Shown here one piece after another: positions 1 to 8,707 of a stretch of 64,000 nucleotides of DNA. Numbering within the stretch: the first letter of the stretch is position 1; the number at the start of each line of letters is the position of its first letter. A program made the translations under genes and the position numbers. This DNA is from a virus (taxonomy: Duplodnaviria > Caudoviricetes): positions 12,217-76,216 of the IMG/VR virus record IMGVR_UViG_3300025875_000011, one strand, 5' to 3'. The notes under the pieces are model-generated. The model was given only the letters and a program-made list of their open reading frames with translations. It did not search any database and was not told the origin of the DNA.

Positions 1-1042
1 GGAGCATCGCCACCGGGGTCCTGGAGACCGCGGCCATGTGCTTCACGCGAGACTCGTACAGCGCGATGTACGGGTCGAGGGCGGTGGCCTCGAAGTCCCC
101 GAACTTGGCGTTCTCGTTCTCGGAGACCAGCATCCGGTTCACGGCCACGTCGAACGGCTCGATCGCCTGGCCGGTCTGCGGGTCGCGGGGGATCGACAGC
201 CCCGTCATCCACTTCTGCTTGAAGGCTCCGTACTCGGCCGCGATGAGCGCGTTCAGGGCGATGTGGTTGCACGCGTCCTGGTCGACGATGACGTCTGCGA
301 TCTCCGACTCGACCTGGCCGATCTGCAACTTGGGCCGGTTCGGGACCTCCCACACGGGGACCTCGCCCAGCGGGTTGCGCTCGTACTCGGTGCGCTCGTC
401 GCGGAGCGTCCAGTACAGCGGCTGCTGGACGTCGACGACGCCCAGCGGCCGGCGCGCCTGGAGCTTGTAGATCTCGGCGGGGAGGTAGAGCGTCCCGAAC
501 GTCTTCCCGGTCCACTCGTCGATCCACTCCTTCCACGCCGCCAGCCGCTCGCGCCTGTTCCCCGGCGCGTACGCGATGATCATCTGGGTGGCGTCCTCGG
601 CGTACAGCGACGGCCACTTGGCTCCCGGAGCGGTCGGCTCCACGAGAATGAACGCACGGCCGGCCGTGAGGGCCTCGTTGATCACCAACTCGAAGTCGGC
701 GTCGAAGTCGGACTGTTGCCAGATGGCCCACGCGTCCTTGTCGGCGTCCGGGGCGTCGCCGAAGCGGAACCCGGACACGGCCATGCGCTCGGCCGCCGCG
801 TCGATGATCAGGCCGGACAGGTTCGTCTTCGACAGGCCCATGATGCGGCGGAACGCGCGCGACGCCCGGGCCTCGATCGACGGGTTGTCGTGGTCGCCGC
901 CCGCGTAGCGCCGCATCTTCGTGATCTCGGCCTGACGGGCCACCAGCTGGTTGTGGAGGCGGGTGGCCCACCAGCCGGGGGTGAGCGGCTCGAACTTGGT
1001 GACCATCTGCGGGGGCAGGGTCTCCAGGGTCGTCAGGGTCAC
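1..1042 (-). CDS. Phage portal protein (SPP1 gp6-like), partial; runs off the window edge
   Basis: Manual translation from GTG at 1042 (overlaps the TGA of the upstream gene): MTLTTLETLPPQMVTKFEPLTPGWWATRLHNQL...KTNLSGLIIDAAAERMAVSGFRFG..., typical of an actinophage portal N-terminus. It lies directly downstream of TerL. It is absent from the ORF track because its stop codon is outside the window. Confidence 0.85.
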   Translation of the reverse strand, partial: MTLTTLETLPPQMVTKFEPLTPGWWATRLHNQLVARQAEITKMRRYAGGDHDNPSIEARASRAFRRIMGLSKTNLSGLIIDAAAERMAVSGFRFGDAPDADKDAWAIWQQSDFDADFELVINEALTAGRAFILVEPTAPGAKWPSLYAEDATQMIIAYAPGNRRERLAAWKEWIDEWTGKTFGTLYLPAEIYKLQARRPLGVVDVQQPLYWTLRDERTEYERNPLGEVPVWEVPNRPKLQIGQVESEIADVIVDQDACNHIALNALIAAEYGAFKQKWMTGLSIPRDPQTGQAIEPFDVAVNRMLVSENENAKFGDFEATALDPYIALYESRVKHMAAVSRTPVAML

Positions 1043-1248
1043 GACTTGACGCTCCGCGCGCGGGTCATGTCGCCGTACGACTGAGCGGCCAGGCAGCAGG
1101 CCACCCCGCCGAACCACGCGAGGAAGCACAGCGCGATGTTCTGCCACGACGGCTGGAGCACCAGGACGAGGACGAGCATGAGCGCCGCGAGCGCGAGCGC
1201 CGCGAGGATGAAGCGCCAGCGGTGGAGCCAGAGTCCGAAGGTCGTCAC
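1039..1248 (-). CDS. Small two-TM membrane protein
   Basis: VTTFGLWLHRWRFILAALALAALMLVLVLVLQPSWQNIALCFLAWFGGVACCLAAQS...; start trimmed to GTG 1248; GTGA overlap with portal. Confidence 0.6.
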   Translation of the reverse strand: MTTFGLWLHRWRFILAALALAALMLVLVLVLQPSWQNIALCFLAWFGGVACCLAAQSYGDMTRARSVKS

Positions 1249-1359
1249 GGCGTCTCCTCTCGTGTGACCGGAGTCACTGGGGGGTGGGAAGTGATCGGGC
1301 ACCTACGACGACTTACGACGGATCGCCAAGTCCTGGAGCAAGTTGGCGATCGCTTGGCG

Positions 1360-3063
1360 CTAGAACCCGAACGCCCCGGTCTTCTTCTCGGGGACGGCCT
1401 CAGCCCGCCGCCATGCGGCCGCGGCCATCGCGGCAGCTGGGACGGCGTCGACGCGGGTCCCGGTCGACTCCCGCTCAGGCTTGTGGACGCGGATCTGCTC
1501 AGGGTCGAACGGGGCCTTGCGGACTTCGGACGAGTCGAAGCAGATCTCGGCCACCGGGTTCCCGTGGTGGCGGAACCGGTTCTTCTTCACCAGGGCCATG
1601 ACCTCGTTCAGCCCCGGCGTCATCCGGGCGTACGTGTTCGCGTAGGCCAGGATCTCGGGGACCCCGACGCGCTTCTCGACCTCCTGGATCACGGGGGCCA
1701 TCGACCACTGGTCCGCGTCGCCGGCCTTCAAGTGGTAGCGGGTCGCGTCGGCGGCGATGTCGTCGTAGATCCGGTTGTAGTCGACGACGTTGCCCTCGGT
1801 GACGGTCAGCCACCCCTCCATCGACCAGTCCGTCCACTGGCGTCCGGTGGCCGAGTGCTTGTCCAGCTGGGGCAGCGCGTCCTCAGGGAGCCAGAACCGC
1901 CAGATGGCGTGGACCGGCGCGGTCGGGTCGTCGATGTGACCCTCCGGGATCAGCAGGCACCACGCGGTCAGGTCGAACTTGGCCGCGAGGTCCATCCCGA
2001 AGTAGGCCGTCTTCTTCTCCAGCCGACGCGGGTACCAGGCGGGGTTCGGCCAGATGTCGCCGGCGTTGGCCCGGTAAAGGTGCATCGGCATCCACCGGAA
2101 CGACTGGCGGACCCACTGCGCGAGTCGGTACTGACGGAACGCGTTCTCCTTGGCCGGGTCGTTCTTGGCCTCCAGCGCCTCCTGGCGCAGGGCCTCGAGC
2201 GACAGGAAGTCGCCGAGCGCGGGGTTCGCGTGAGCCCACAGCGACTCGTCGAACGGGTCGGCGTCCATCGGCGTGTTCCGCAGGTAGACGAGGACGTGGG
2301 GGGCCCGCTCCGGCTCCTCGTCGATCTTGACGTACTCGTCGTGCTGCTTCCCGCACCATGACGACGGGTCGTCGCCGGGGGTCGTCGCGGCGATCATCAG
2401 CGGCTGCGCGCGGGTACCCATCGCGGTGCGGAGCGCGTCCCACAGGTCGCCGTTCGGCTGGGTCAGGACCTCGTCGAACACGATCCCGTGGGGGTTGTGG
2501 CCCAGGTTCCCGGCCGCGTCGGCCGCGATCACCTCGTAGTAGGAGGCGGTCGTCGGGTCGACGATCCGCTTGGCCGCGTTGTAGATCACGAGCCGCTTCG
2601 ACAGGACGGGCGACAGCTCGACCATCCGCTTCGCCACGTCGTACACCTTGCGGGCCTGGTCGCGGTCCTTCGCGGCCCCGTAGATCTCCGCGCCTTCCTC
2701 GTCGTCAGCGCACAGCAGGTACAGCGCGACCCCGGCCAGGATCTCGCTCTTGCCCTGCTTGCGGGCGAGCTCGATCCACACGATCCGGTAGTCGCGGGCG
2801 TAGACCCCGAACTCCGTCGACCAGTGGACCCAGCCGAAGATCGGCCGGATCAGGTCCTCGCGCTGCCACTCCGACAGCACGAACCGCTTCCTGGCCCACG
2901 TCCCCTTCGTGTGGACGAGCACGTCCTCGAAGAAGCCGACAGCGTGGTCAGCGCGGGGGTGGCAGAAGTGGTCCCCGGTCTCCCCGCACTCGTAGTCGTC
3001 GAAGACGCGGGTGCAGGGAGGAGGGCTACCCGCTGAGGTAGCGTTCGGCCCCTGCTCCTGCAC
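1360..3063 (-). CDS. terL: Terminase large subunit (Terminase_1 type)
   Basis: Walker A ELARKQGKS, Walker B IVFDEV, motif III ATTPG, nuclease GMDLAAKFDLTA and C-terminal RVDAVPA; lies between TerS and portal. Confidence 0.97.
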   Translation of the reverse strand: MQEQGPNATSAGSPPPCTRVFDDYECGETGDHFCHPRADHAVGFFEDVLVHTKGTWARKRFVLSEWQREDLIRPIFGWVHWSTEFGVYARDYRIVWIELARKQGKSEILAGVALYLLCADDEEGAEIYGAAKDRDQARKVYDVAKRMVELSPVLSKRLVIYNAAKRIVDPTTASYYEVIAADAAGNLGHNPHGIVFDEVLTQPNGDLWDALRTAMGTRAQPLMIAATTPGDDPSSWCGKQHDEYVKIDEEPERAPHVLVYLRNTPMDADPFDESLWAHANPALGDFLSLEALRQEALEAKNDPAKENAFRQYRLAQWVRQSFRWMPMHLYRANAGDIWPNPAWYPRRLEKKTAYFGMDLAAKFDLTAWCLLIPEGHIDDPTAPVHAIWRFWLPEDALPQLDKHSATGRQWTDWSMEGWLTVTEGNVVDYNRIYDDIAADATRYHLKAGDADQWSMAPVIQEVEKRVGVPEILAYANTYARMTPGLNEVMALVKKNRFRHHGNPVAEICFDSSEVRKAPFDPEQIRVHKPERESTGTRVDAVPAAAMAAAAWRRAEAVPEKKTGAFGF

Positions 3064-3490
3064 TCGGCTTCTCCTTCGTGGACAGGCCCACCCGCGCGGC
3101 CGGGGAGAACCCGAACTCGTTCCCGAGGACCCGCAGCTGGGCTCCGAAGTCGCGGACGAACTGAACGGCGGGGTTCTTCACGATGTTCCCGTCGCGGCCC
3201 CGCATCACCAAGCCCGCGCTGTTGACGAGCCGGACGGCGTCGCGGTACTTCACGACCGTCACGCAGTACGCGTAGATCATGTCCTCGTCCGCGCCGGCCA
3301 GCATGTGCATGATCCGGAGGTCCTCGACGACCCGGTCCCACACGGCCTGGATCTCGGGGGTGACGTCGGTCGGCGGAAGCGGCTGGCGGTTCGCGGGGAC
3401 GGGCTCGTTCTGGTTGATCCTCGACGGCCGCGACTCCCCGCGCAGGAGCCGCAGGTTCGTCGGGGTCGGGGTCGGTCCGCGCTTACCCAT
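3026..3490 (-). CDS. terS: Terminase small subunit, P27 family
   Basis: MGKRGPTPTPTNLRLLRGES...KNPAVQFVRD...EFGFSPAAR, the P27 signature; start trimmed to ATG 3490. Confidence 0.93.
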   Translation of the reverse strand: MGKRGPTPTPTNLRLLRGESRPSRINQNEPVPANRQPLPPTDVTPEIQAVWDRVVEDLRIMHMLAGADEDMIYAYCVTVVKYRDAVRLVNSAGLVMRGRDGNIVKNPAVQFVRDFGAQLRVLGNEFGFSPAARVGLSTKEKPSAGAGAERYLSG

Positions 3491-3577
3491 GAAGGGTCTC
3501 CTCTCGATGAGGTGCGGGGCACCCTCCCGCTCCCGGACTACCCGCCTTGGATACCGGCCCGATCTTGCGTGTGGTGT

Positions 3578-3661
3578 GGGGGTTGGGACGTACTTCCGCA
3601 CGCTCACCCATTGCGCCTCGGGGTACGCGCGGGCGTCGTACGCAGTGGTGTCCCAACCCCC
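3578..3661. promoter_or_regulatory. Intergenic stem-loop between folE and terS
   Basis: GGGGGTTGGGAC (3578-3589) pairs perfectly with GTCCCAACCCCC (3650-3661), enclosing 60 nt. Confidence 0.45.
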
Positions 3662-3677
3662 GGTCTGGGGGCTGCTG

Positions 3678-4598
3678 TCAGCCGTGGTGGAGGGCCAGGA
3701 ACTCCGCTCGGAGGTCGCGCTCCAGGAACCGGCCGACGAGGTGGGAGGTGACCATCTCGCCGGGGGTCCGGACCCCGCGCATCTCCATGCACAGGTGCGA
3801 CCCGGCCCCGATCACTCCGACGTGGTCGGTCTCGGCCACCTGAGCGATCCGGTCACCGATGTTCGCCACCAGCCGCTCTTGCAGCTGGAGGCGGTGGGCG
3901 TACAGGTGAGCGATCCGGGCCAGCTTCGACAGGCCGACGACCTTGTTCTCGGTGAGGTAGCCCATCGTCAGGGTCGTCTTGAACGGGACCAGGTGGTGCT
4001 CGCACAGCGACCAGACGGTGACGCCGCGGACGACGACGAGTTGGTTGGCCGTGACCCCGTCGAACACCGTCGAGATCGTGCCCGGGTTGTAGTCGACGAA
4101 CTCGGCCCACATCCGAGCCCACCTCGCGGGGGTGTCGCGCAGACCCTCACGGTCGGGGTCCTCACCGATGGCCACGAGGAGCTCTCGCCCGATCCGCTCG
4201 AGCGCGCCGGTGTCGACCGTGCCGACCTGATCGAGGAACGCCTCCCAACCTTCGACCGCTGCTGCGGGCATGGCGGGGCGCACCCCCATTGTCTTCACGG
4301 GCTCGCCGATTTCCAAGTCCGGGGTGTCCTCGTCGGCGTGTCGCGGGGGTGGGATGTCCCCCGGCTGTGGTGGGCGACAGACCCAGCAGCGCGCGCCGGG
4401 GACCGCGCGGTGAGGTTCGTCCCCGAGCGCGTTACAGGCCACGTCGAGGGTGTTGTGCTCGCCGTGGCCTGCGAGTTCGCGCTCGGACGACGCGATGAAC
4501 GGGTCGCGCGAGACCGGGGCCGCGTCGGGGTACGGGTCGACCCCGGCCATCCACTTCGGGGTGAGGTCGTCGGGGGTGATCTCAGGCTCAGGTGCCAC
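3678..4598 (-). CDS. folE: GTP cyclohydrolase I with an N-terminal extension
   Basis: GEDPDREGLRDTPAR, SLCEHHLVPF, GLSKLARI, RLQLQERL and HLCMEMRGV motifs; about 120 extra N-terminal residues, so the start is uncertain. Confidence 0.95.
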   Translation of the reverse strand: MAPEPEITPDDLTPKWMAGVDPYPDAAPVSRDPFIASSERELAGHGEHNTLDVACNALGDEPHRAVPGARCWVCRPPQPGDIPPPRHADEDTPDLEIGEPVKTMGVRPAMPAAAVEGWEAFLDQVGTVDTGALERIGRELLVAIGEDPDREGLRDTPARWARMWAEFVDYNPGTISTVFDGVTANQLVVVRGVTVWSLCEHHLVPFKTTLTMGYLTENKVVGLSKLARIAHLYAHRLQLQERLVANIGDRIAQVAETDHVGVIGAGSHLCMEMRGVRTPGEMVTSHLVGRFLERDLRAEFLALHHG

Positions 4599-5364
4599 GC
4601 TGGTCTCCGTGGAGTAGGACCTGCTGGCGCAGGGACAGGTTGTAGCCCCGGGCCTCGACGGCCGGGGCGATCGCGCGGGCGTGGGTGAGGGTCTCCTCGA
4701 CGCTCGTCCCCCCGGGCATGACCCACACGTTCGTCAGGTCGTGGGCCTCCACCATCGCGTCGACCTCGTCGAGGTCGGACGGGGCCGTGGCGACGAACTT
4801 GAACGCGGTCGGGTAGTCGGCCAGGTCGTCCAGGTGGGCCTCAGACAGTTCACGGAGGGTGTCCGCGACGAGCCGCTTGCTCGGGGTGACCCCGGAGTTC
4901 GCCAGCTTCGGGGAGCACACGTAGCGCCTGATCCGGACCGACAGAGGGCTGCGGGTCCCGTTCGTCTCGATGTCGACGTTCACGCCGGAGGGGTAGGTGA
5001 CGCTGTCGACGAGCGCGGCCAGCGCGGTGCGTTGGAGCAGCGGCTCCCCCCCGGAGATCACGAGGAGGCGGGTGTGGAGCCCGAGCACCTCGCGGACCTC
5101 AGCCAGGGCGTCCTCGACGGACATCGAGTGGACCTCGCGTCGACGGTCGTGGGTGTCCCAGTCCCAGGTGTACGGGGTGTCGCAGTGCCAGGTGGCCCCC
5201 TCCCCCTTCCCGCAGTTCAGGTTGCAGTTCGCGAGCCGGAGGAACGCGCACCGCTCCCCGGTGGCCGGCCCCTCCCCCTGCCACACCGGGCCGAAGATCT
5301 CGTTGACGTTGAGCGCCGGGACCCGCGTCCGCCCGTAGACGTCGAGGTTCCCCGTGATCGTCAC
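4588..5364 (-). CDS. queE: 7-carboxy-7-deazaguanine synthase (radical SAM)
   Basis: VNEIFGPVWQGEG, FLRLANCNLNC...HCDTPY, SGGEPLLQ, IETNGT, CSPKL; GTG start at 5364 overlaps the queD stop. Confidence 0.93.
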   Translation of the reverse strand: MTITGNLDVYGRTRVPALNVNEIFGPVWQGEGPATGERCAFLRLANCNLNCGKGEGATWHCDTPYTWDWDTHDRRREVHSMSVEDALAEVREVLGLHTRLLVISGGEPLLQRTALAALVDSVTYPSGVNVDIETNGTRSPLSVRIRRYVCSPKLANSGVTPSKRLVADTLRELSEAHLDDLADYPTAFKFVATAPSDLDEVDAMVEAHDLTNVWVMPGGTSVEETLTHARAIAPAVEARGYNLSLRQQVLLHGDQRGT

Positions 5365-5807
5365 GGTCTCGCCCCGTGGGCCTCGGCCTCGGCCAGGAGG
5401 CGGGCGACCTTCTGCTCGACGGTCTCCTCGATCTTCCCGATCCCGGCCGACGAGGTGTAGAGCGCCCACGTCGCGGGGGTCTCCGACCAGCCGACTGACG
5501 CGACGGGCCACCCGAACTCGCGGACGGCGTGCTCGTAGACGTACTTCGCCATGAGCTCGGCGCTCGGCTGGAAGTCGACTCGCTCGTTCAGGTGGCGGTG
5601 GTCGAACCTGTCCCACAGCCAGTCCTTCAACGGGGCCAGATCGCCGTAGTCGACGACGAACCCGTGGTCGTCGAGGTCGGGGGAGACGAGGACCACCCGG
5701 ACGGCCACGTTGTGGCCGTGGAGCCTCATGCACTTGTGGCCCTCCTCCAGCCCGAGCAGCTGGTGGCTGAGGCACAGCGGCCCGAACTCCTTCGTGATCG
5801 TGTTCAT
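5361..5807 (-). CDS. queD: 6-carboxy-5,6,7,8-tetrahydropterin synthase
   Basis: HKCMRLHGHN, FVVDYGDL, FDHRHLN, PSAE motifs. Confidence 0.93.
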   Translation of the reverse strand: MNTITKEFGPLCLSHQLLGLEEGHKCMRLHGHNVAVRVVLVSPDLDDHGFVVDYGDLAPLKDWLWDRFDHRHLNERVDFQPSAELMAKYVYEHAVREFGWPVASVGWSETPATWALYTSSAGIGKIEETVEQKVARLLAEAEAHGARP

Positions 5808-5810
5808 GGG

Positions 5811-6323
5811 TCAGTCCTTCCAGGGGATGTCGGTGGCCTCGCCGAAGATCGGGGCGATGAGGAACTGGTCGTTGACGGCTGGGTGTCGGGTCACCGTGTA
5901 GCGGGTGACGCCGTTGTCGTGACCGATCTTGTCGTGGTTGGAGTGGACGTCGAGGTCGACGCCCAGCAGCTGGTAGTCCCCACCCCACTCGGCCCACGGC
6001 TCCTGGGTGGCCCAGTCGATGCTGTCGATCCAGGCGAAGAGGCGACGGGCCACGTCCTCGTTCGTCGCGTTGGTGAACAGGCCCTTCCCGGTGAGCGCGA
6101 GGACGTGCTTGCGGAGGGCGTCGTTCGTCGTCTCGAACGACGGGTAGCCGTGGCCCCCGTTCAGCGTCGAGAAGGCGACGGTCACCTCGCCGTGGTGGGA
6201 GTGGGACTTGAGCCCCATCGCCAGGTTCTGGTTGGAGAAGAAGATCGGGATCGGGCCGATCTCGACCGTCTCCATCACCTCGACCTTCAGCGCAGGGATG
6301 TCCGGGTCGCCGTGGTCGATCAT
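5811..6323 (-). CDS. Divergent QueD-like T-fold protein (candidate DpdL-type CDG decarboxylase)
   Basis: SHSHHGEVTV (HxH then beta strand) and NATNEDVARRLF (compare QueD PTAENLARWI); embedded between dpdA and queD; fold inferred from motifs only. Confidence 0.5.
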   Translation of the reverse strand: MIDHGDPDIPALKVEVMETVEIGPIPIFFSNQNLAMGLKSHSHHGEVTVAFSTLNGGHGYPSFETTNDALRKHVLALTGKGLFTNATNEDVARRLFAWIDSIDWATQEPWAEWGGDYQLLGVDLDVHSNHDKIGHDNGVTRYTVTRHPAVNDQFLIAPIFGEATDIPWKD

Positions 6324-6508
6324 CGGGGCCACACCTCCCGCCGTGGCCGACGGGTCTTCCCCTCACGCCAGTGCCACCAGCGGGTCAGGTGGTGGGTGTG
6401 GTCGAAGGCCTGGGGACACCGGCACTCCCGGTAGTTCAGCCGGTTCCGCAGCGCGGCCATCGGGCGCGCGGTCAAGTCGCGGAGACGCTGGGCCAAGCCG
6501 CGCTTCAC
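6320..6508 (-). CDS. Hypothetical small Arg-rich protein
   Basis: VKRGLAQRLRDL...CRCPQAFDHTHH; 4-bp start/stop overlaps with both neighbours. Confidence 0.5.
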   Translation of the reverse strand: MKRGLAQRLRDLTARPMAALRNRLNYRECRCPQAFDHTHHLTRWWHWREGKTRRPRREVWPR

Positions 6509-6933
6509 TGGACCTCTCCCGTGTCGGGGTCGACCCGGGGCTCGCGTCGGAGCATCACGATGTGGCGCTCGTAGATGTTCGTCGGCCGGGGGTCGCCGTC
6601 GATGAGGACGTGGAGCAGGCCGTCGGTGTCGGCCGCCCCGGAGTACACCGCGACCAGCTGCCCCGTGACCCACAGGCCGTTCGCGCCGGCGTCGAGCAGG
6701 ATCCCCACCCGGTCTCCGACCGCCGCGACCTCCTCGACCTCCTCGACCTCGGTGGTGTCGTCCAGGCCCAAGTGGGCGAGGAGCTCGTCGGCGATCTTCT
6801 TGGCCCGGTCGGAGTCGAACACGCCCTGGTGCTCGGTCATCCTCGACCAGCACACCGAGGCCGCCCCAATGGCTTCCTGTACAGCGGTCCTCGGGGACTG
6901 ATCGGTGAACCCCATCACTTCGTCTGGCTTCAC
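6505..6933 (-). CDS. Hypothetical protein
   Basis: VKPDEVMGFTDQ...; coupled to the dpdA stop (GTGA); phage-like codon usage. Confidence 0.65.
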   Translation of the reverse strand: MKPDEVMGFTDQSPRTAVQEAIGAASVCWSRMTEHQGVFDSDRAKKIADELLAHLGLDDTTEVEEVEEVAAVGDRVGILLDAGANGLWVTGQLVAVYSGAADTDGLLHVLIDGDPRPTNIYERHIVMLRREPRVDPDTGEVQ

Positions 6934-7826
6934 AGCCGGTGTCCTTCCAGGTAGGTCGTCTCGATCGCCTTCGACGCGAGACGGAACTGGCGGATCACGG
7001 TGTCCGCCACGTAGGAGTGGAGCCCGGGCCCGGACCGGTTGGTCTCGTCGCCCGGGATCATGATCGGACCATGACGCAGCCGGAGCCAATGCTCGGCCCG
7101 CTTGTGGGCGACCGCGGCCAGCATCACCGCGTACTGGCGCTCGTACTTTGCCGGGTCAAGGAAGATCAGCGGGTCTGCGCCGTGCTCACGGATCAGGGCC
7201 CGGTTGTCGATGATCGTCGAGTGGTCGCGGAGCGTGGCCGTCACCCACCGGCCGTTCTTGAACATCTTCAACTGCCCGTAGCGGAACCCCTGGCCCCACG
7301 ACGACGAGTCCACCGAGTAGAACGGGAAGTCGCGCAGGGCCTGCCACACGTTCAGGCCGAACCCGTGGAACACCGCGCGGTCCCCCGCGATCCGGAACGC
7401 CTTCGCCAGCCACGGCTCGAGGATCTTCCACGAGTTCCCGAGCAGCTTGCCGAGCGCGATGTACGTGTGGCCGGCCTCGATGTACTTCTCCAGCCACTCC
7501 CACGGCTCCCCGGTGTGGAACACGGGCAGGACCTTCAACCCGTGGACCTCCTCCAAGATCCGCTGGTTCCGCCAGGTGTTCGCCGGCGCGCCGATCACGT
7601 CGAGGTTCGACACCACGTCGAGGTGGCGTCCCCACCGCTTCACCCATGCCGCGTACTCGTCCACACGCAGATCCACACCCTGTGTACGAGCCGAGTGAGC
7701 GCCGGAGTCCGCGAAGACGAGCGGCTTCTGGCCGGTGACCGCGCCGACGACCTCGTCCATGTCGTGGTCCTTGAAGTACCAGTACGAGCACAGCATCTTG
7801 AACCGGCCGTCGATCGGCACGCTCAC
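6930..7826 (-). CDS. dpdA: DNA deazaguanine transglycosylase (TGT-family DpdA)
   Basis: FADSGAHS, NLDVIG, PVFHTGE, IALG, FHGFG and SVDSSSW motifs of phage DpdA/TGT; clustered with folE/queD/queE; start trimmed to GTG 7826. Confidence 0.88.
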   Translation of the reverse strand: MSVPIDGRFKMLCSYWYFKDHDMDEVVGAVTGQKPLVFADSGAHSARTQGVDLRVDEYAAWVKRWGRHLDVVSNLDVIGAPANTWRNQRILEEVHGLKVLPVFHTGEPWEWLEKYIEAGHTYIALGKLLGNSWKILEPWLAKAFRIAGDRAVFHGFGLNVWQALRDFPFYSVDSSSWGQGFRYGQLKMFKNGRWVTATLRDHSTIIDNRALIREHGADPLIFLDPAKYERQYAVMLAAVAHKRAEHWLRLRHGPIMIPGDETNRSGPGLHSYVADTVIRQFRLASKAIETTYLEGHRL

Positions 7827-8020
7827 CGCGACGCCCCCAGGCACGGGTTCGGACCGTCCGCGGGGCACGGGACGGCGGCCGGGTGCGCGAGGTGGCCGTA
7901 CTCGACGTCGGCCGACTGGCACCGGTAGAGCCCCGGGCGGCCTTCACGCGTCAGGTGGACCCACCCGTCGTGGCCGTCGGTGATCACCCCGACGCCACAG
8001 TGGACGCACGAGTCAGCCAT
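7823..8020 (-). CDS. Hypothetical small Cys/His-rich protein
   Basis: MADSCVHCG...; overlaps the dpdA start. Confidence 0.6.
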   Translation of the reverse strand: MADSCVHCGVGVITDGHDGWVHLTREGRPGLYRCQSADVEYGHLAHPAAVPCPADGPNPCLGASR

Positions 8021-8180
8021 TGGGCGGCTTCGGAGTGGTGGCCGCGACTATCTGGCCGATGACGACCAGGGCCTGGGTCTCGGTGAACCCCTCGAGCGTC
8101 AGGGCGAGGAACAGCTGGCGCAGCGTCTTGGCGAACTTCCTCGACGTGGCGTCCGGTTCGACGGGCCCGTTGTCAGCCAT
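8013..8180 (-). CDS. Hypothetical 55-aa phage protein
   Basis: Manual translation MADNGPVEPDATSRKFAKTLRQLFLALTLEGFTETQALVVIGQIVAATTPKPPNG; below the ORF-track cutoff. Confidence 0.65.
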   Translation of the reverse strand: MADNGPVEPDATSRKFAKTLRQLFLALTLEGFTETQALVVIGQIVAATTPKPPNG

Positions 8181-8317
8181 GAGCGGACCTCTCGACCCCG
8201 CACGTCAAGCAGACCTCGATCTTCACGGGACCGCCCAGCGCCGGGTCCCCTCCGGTGGGGTCCGTCCATCCCCACGACGGCGTGTGGGGTCGGCTCTGCT
8301 GGAGCCACTCCAGCCAC

Positions 8318-8707
8318 TTACCCACGGCCGGCCTCCGAGATCATGGCCGGGTCCGGTACGACCACGATGCGGGGGCCGACCTCCGCGATCCGGACGACGG
8401 CGTCGGTCAGCCGGTCGACGCGCTTCCGCTCGTCGTCGTAGTCGCGCCGCAGCGCGCGGGTGTCATGACCGGTCCCGCCGAAGTAGTCGGCCAGGGCCTC
8501 GTACAGCGCGCGGGCCTCCTCCTCGTTGAGCCGCAGGTACTCCGTCGACCCCTCGGGGACGACGGCCTGCTCACCCGGCTGGACGAACACCCGGCTCGGG
8601 CCTGTCTCCAAGGGCCAGACCCGTAGGCCCCCGGCAGCGCCGATGACGGCCCGGACCCCGAAGAACTGGGCGTCGTACTCGACGCGCGCGCGGACCGCGT
8701 CAGGCAT
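8318..8707 (-). CDS. Hypothetical protein with C-terminal coiled coil
   Basis: ORF track; LNEEEARALYEALADYF...RRDYDDERKRVDRL. Confidence 0.7.
   Translation of the reverse strand: MPDAVRARVEYDAQFFGVRAVIGAAGGLRVWPLETGPSRVFVQPGEQAVVPEGSTEYLRLNEEEARALYEALADYFGGTGHDTRALRRDYDDERKRVDRLTDAVVRIAEVGPRIVVVPDPAMISEAGRG

Noticed and set aside
38-1084. Long + strand ORFs opposite real genes (e.g. 38-1084, 1222-2361, 24458-26887, 28173-29651, 59834-61435, 61568-63469)
   Set aside because: These are antisense shadows typical of high-GC DNA. The translations are low-complexity R/G/P/V text, and the opposite strand carries clear protein motifs.
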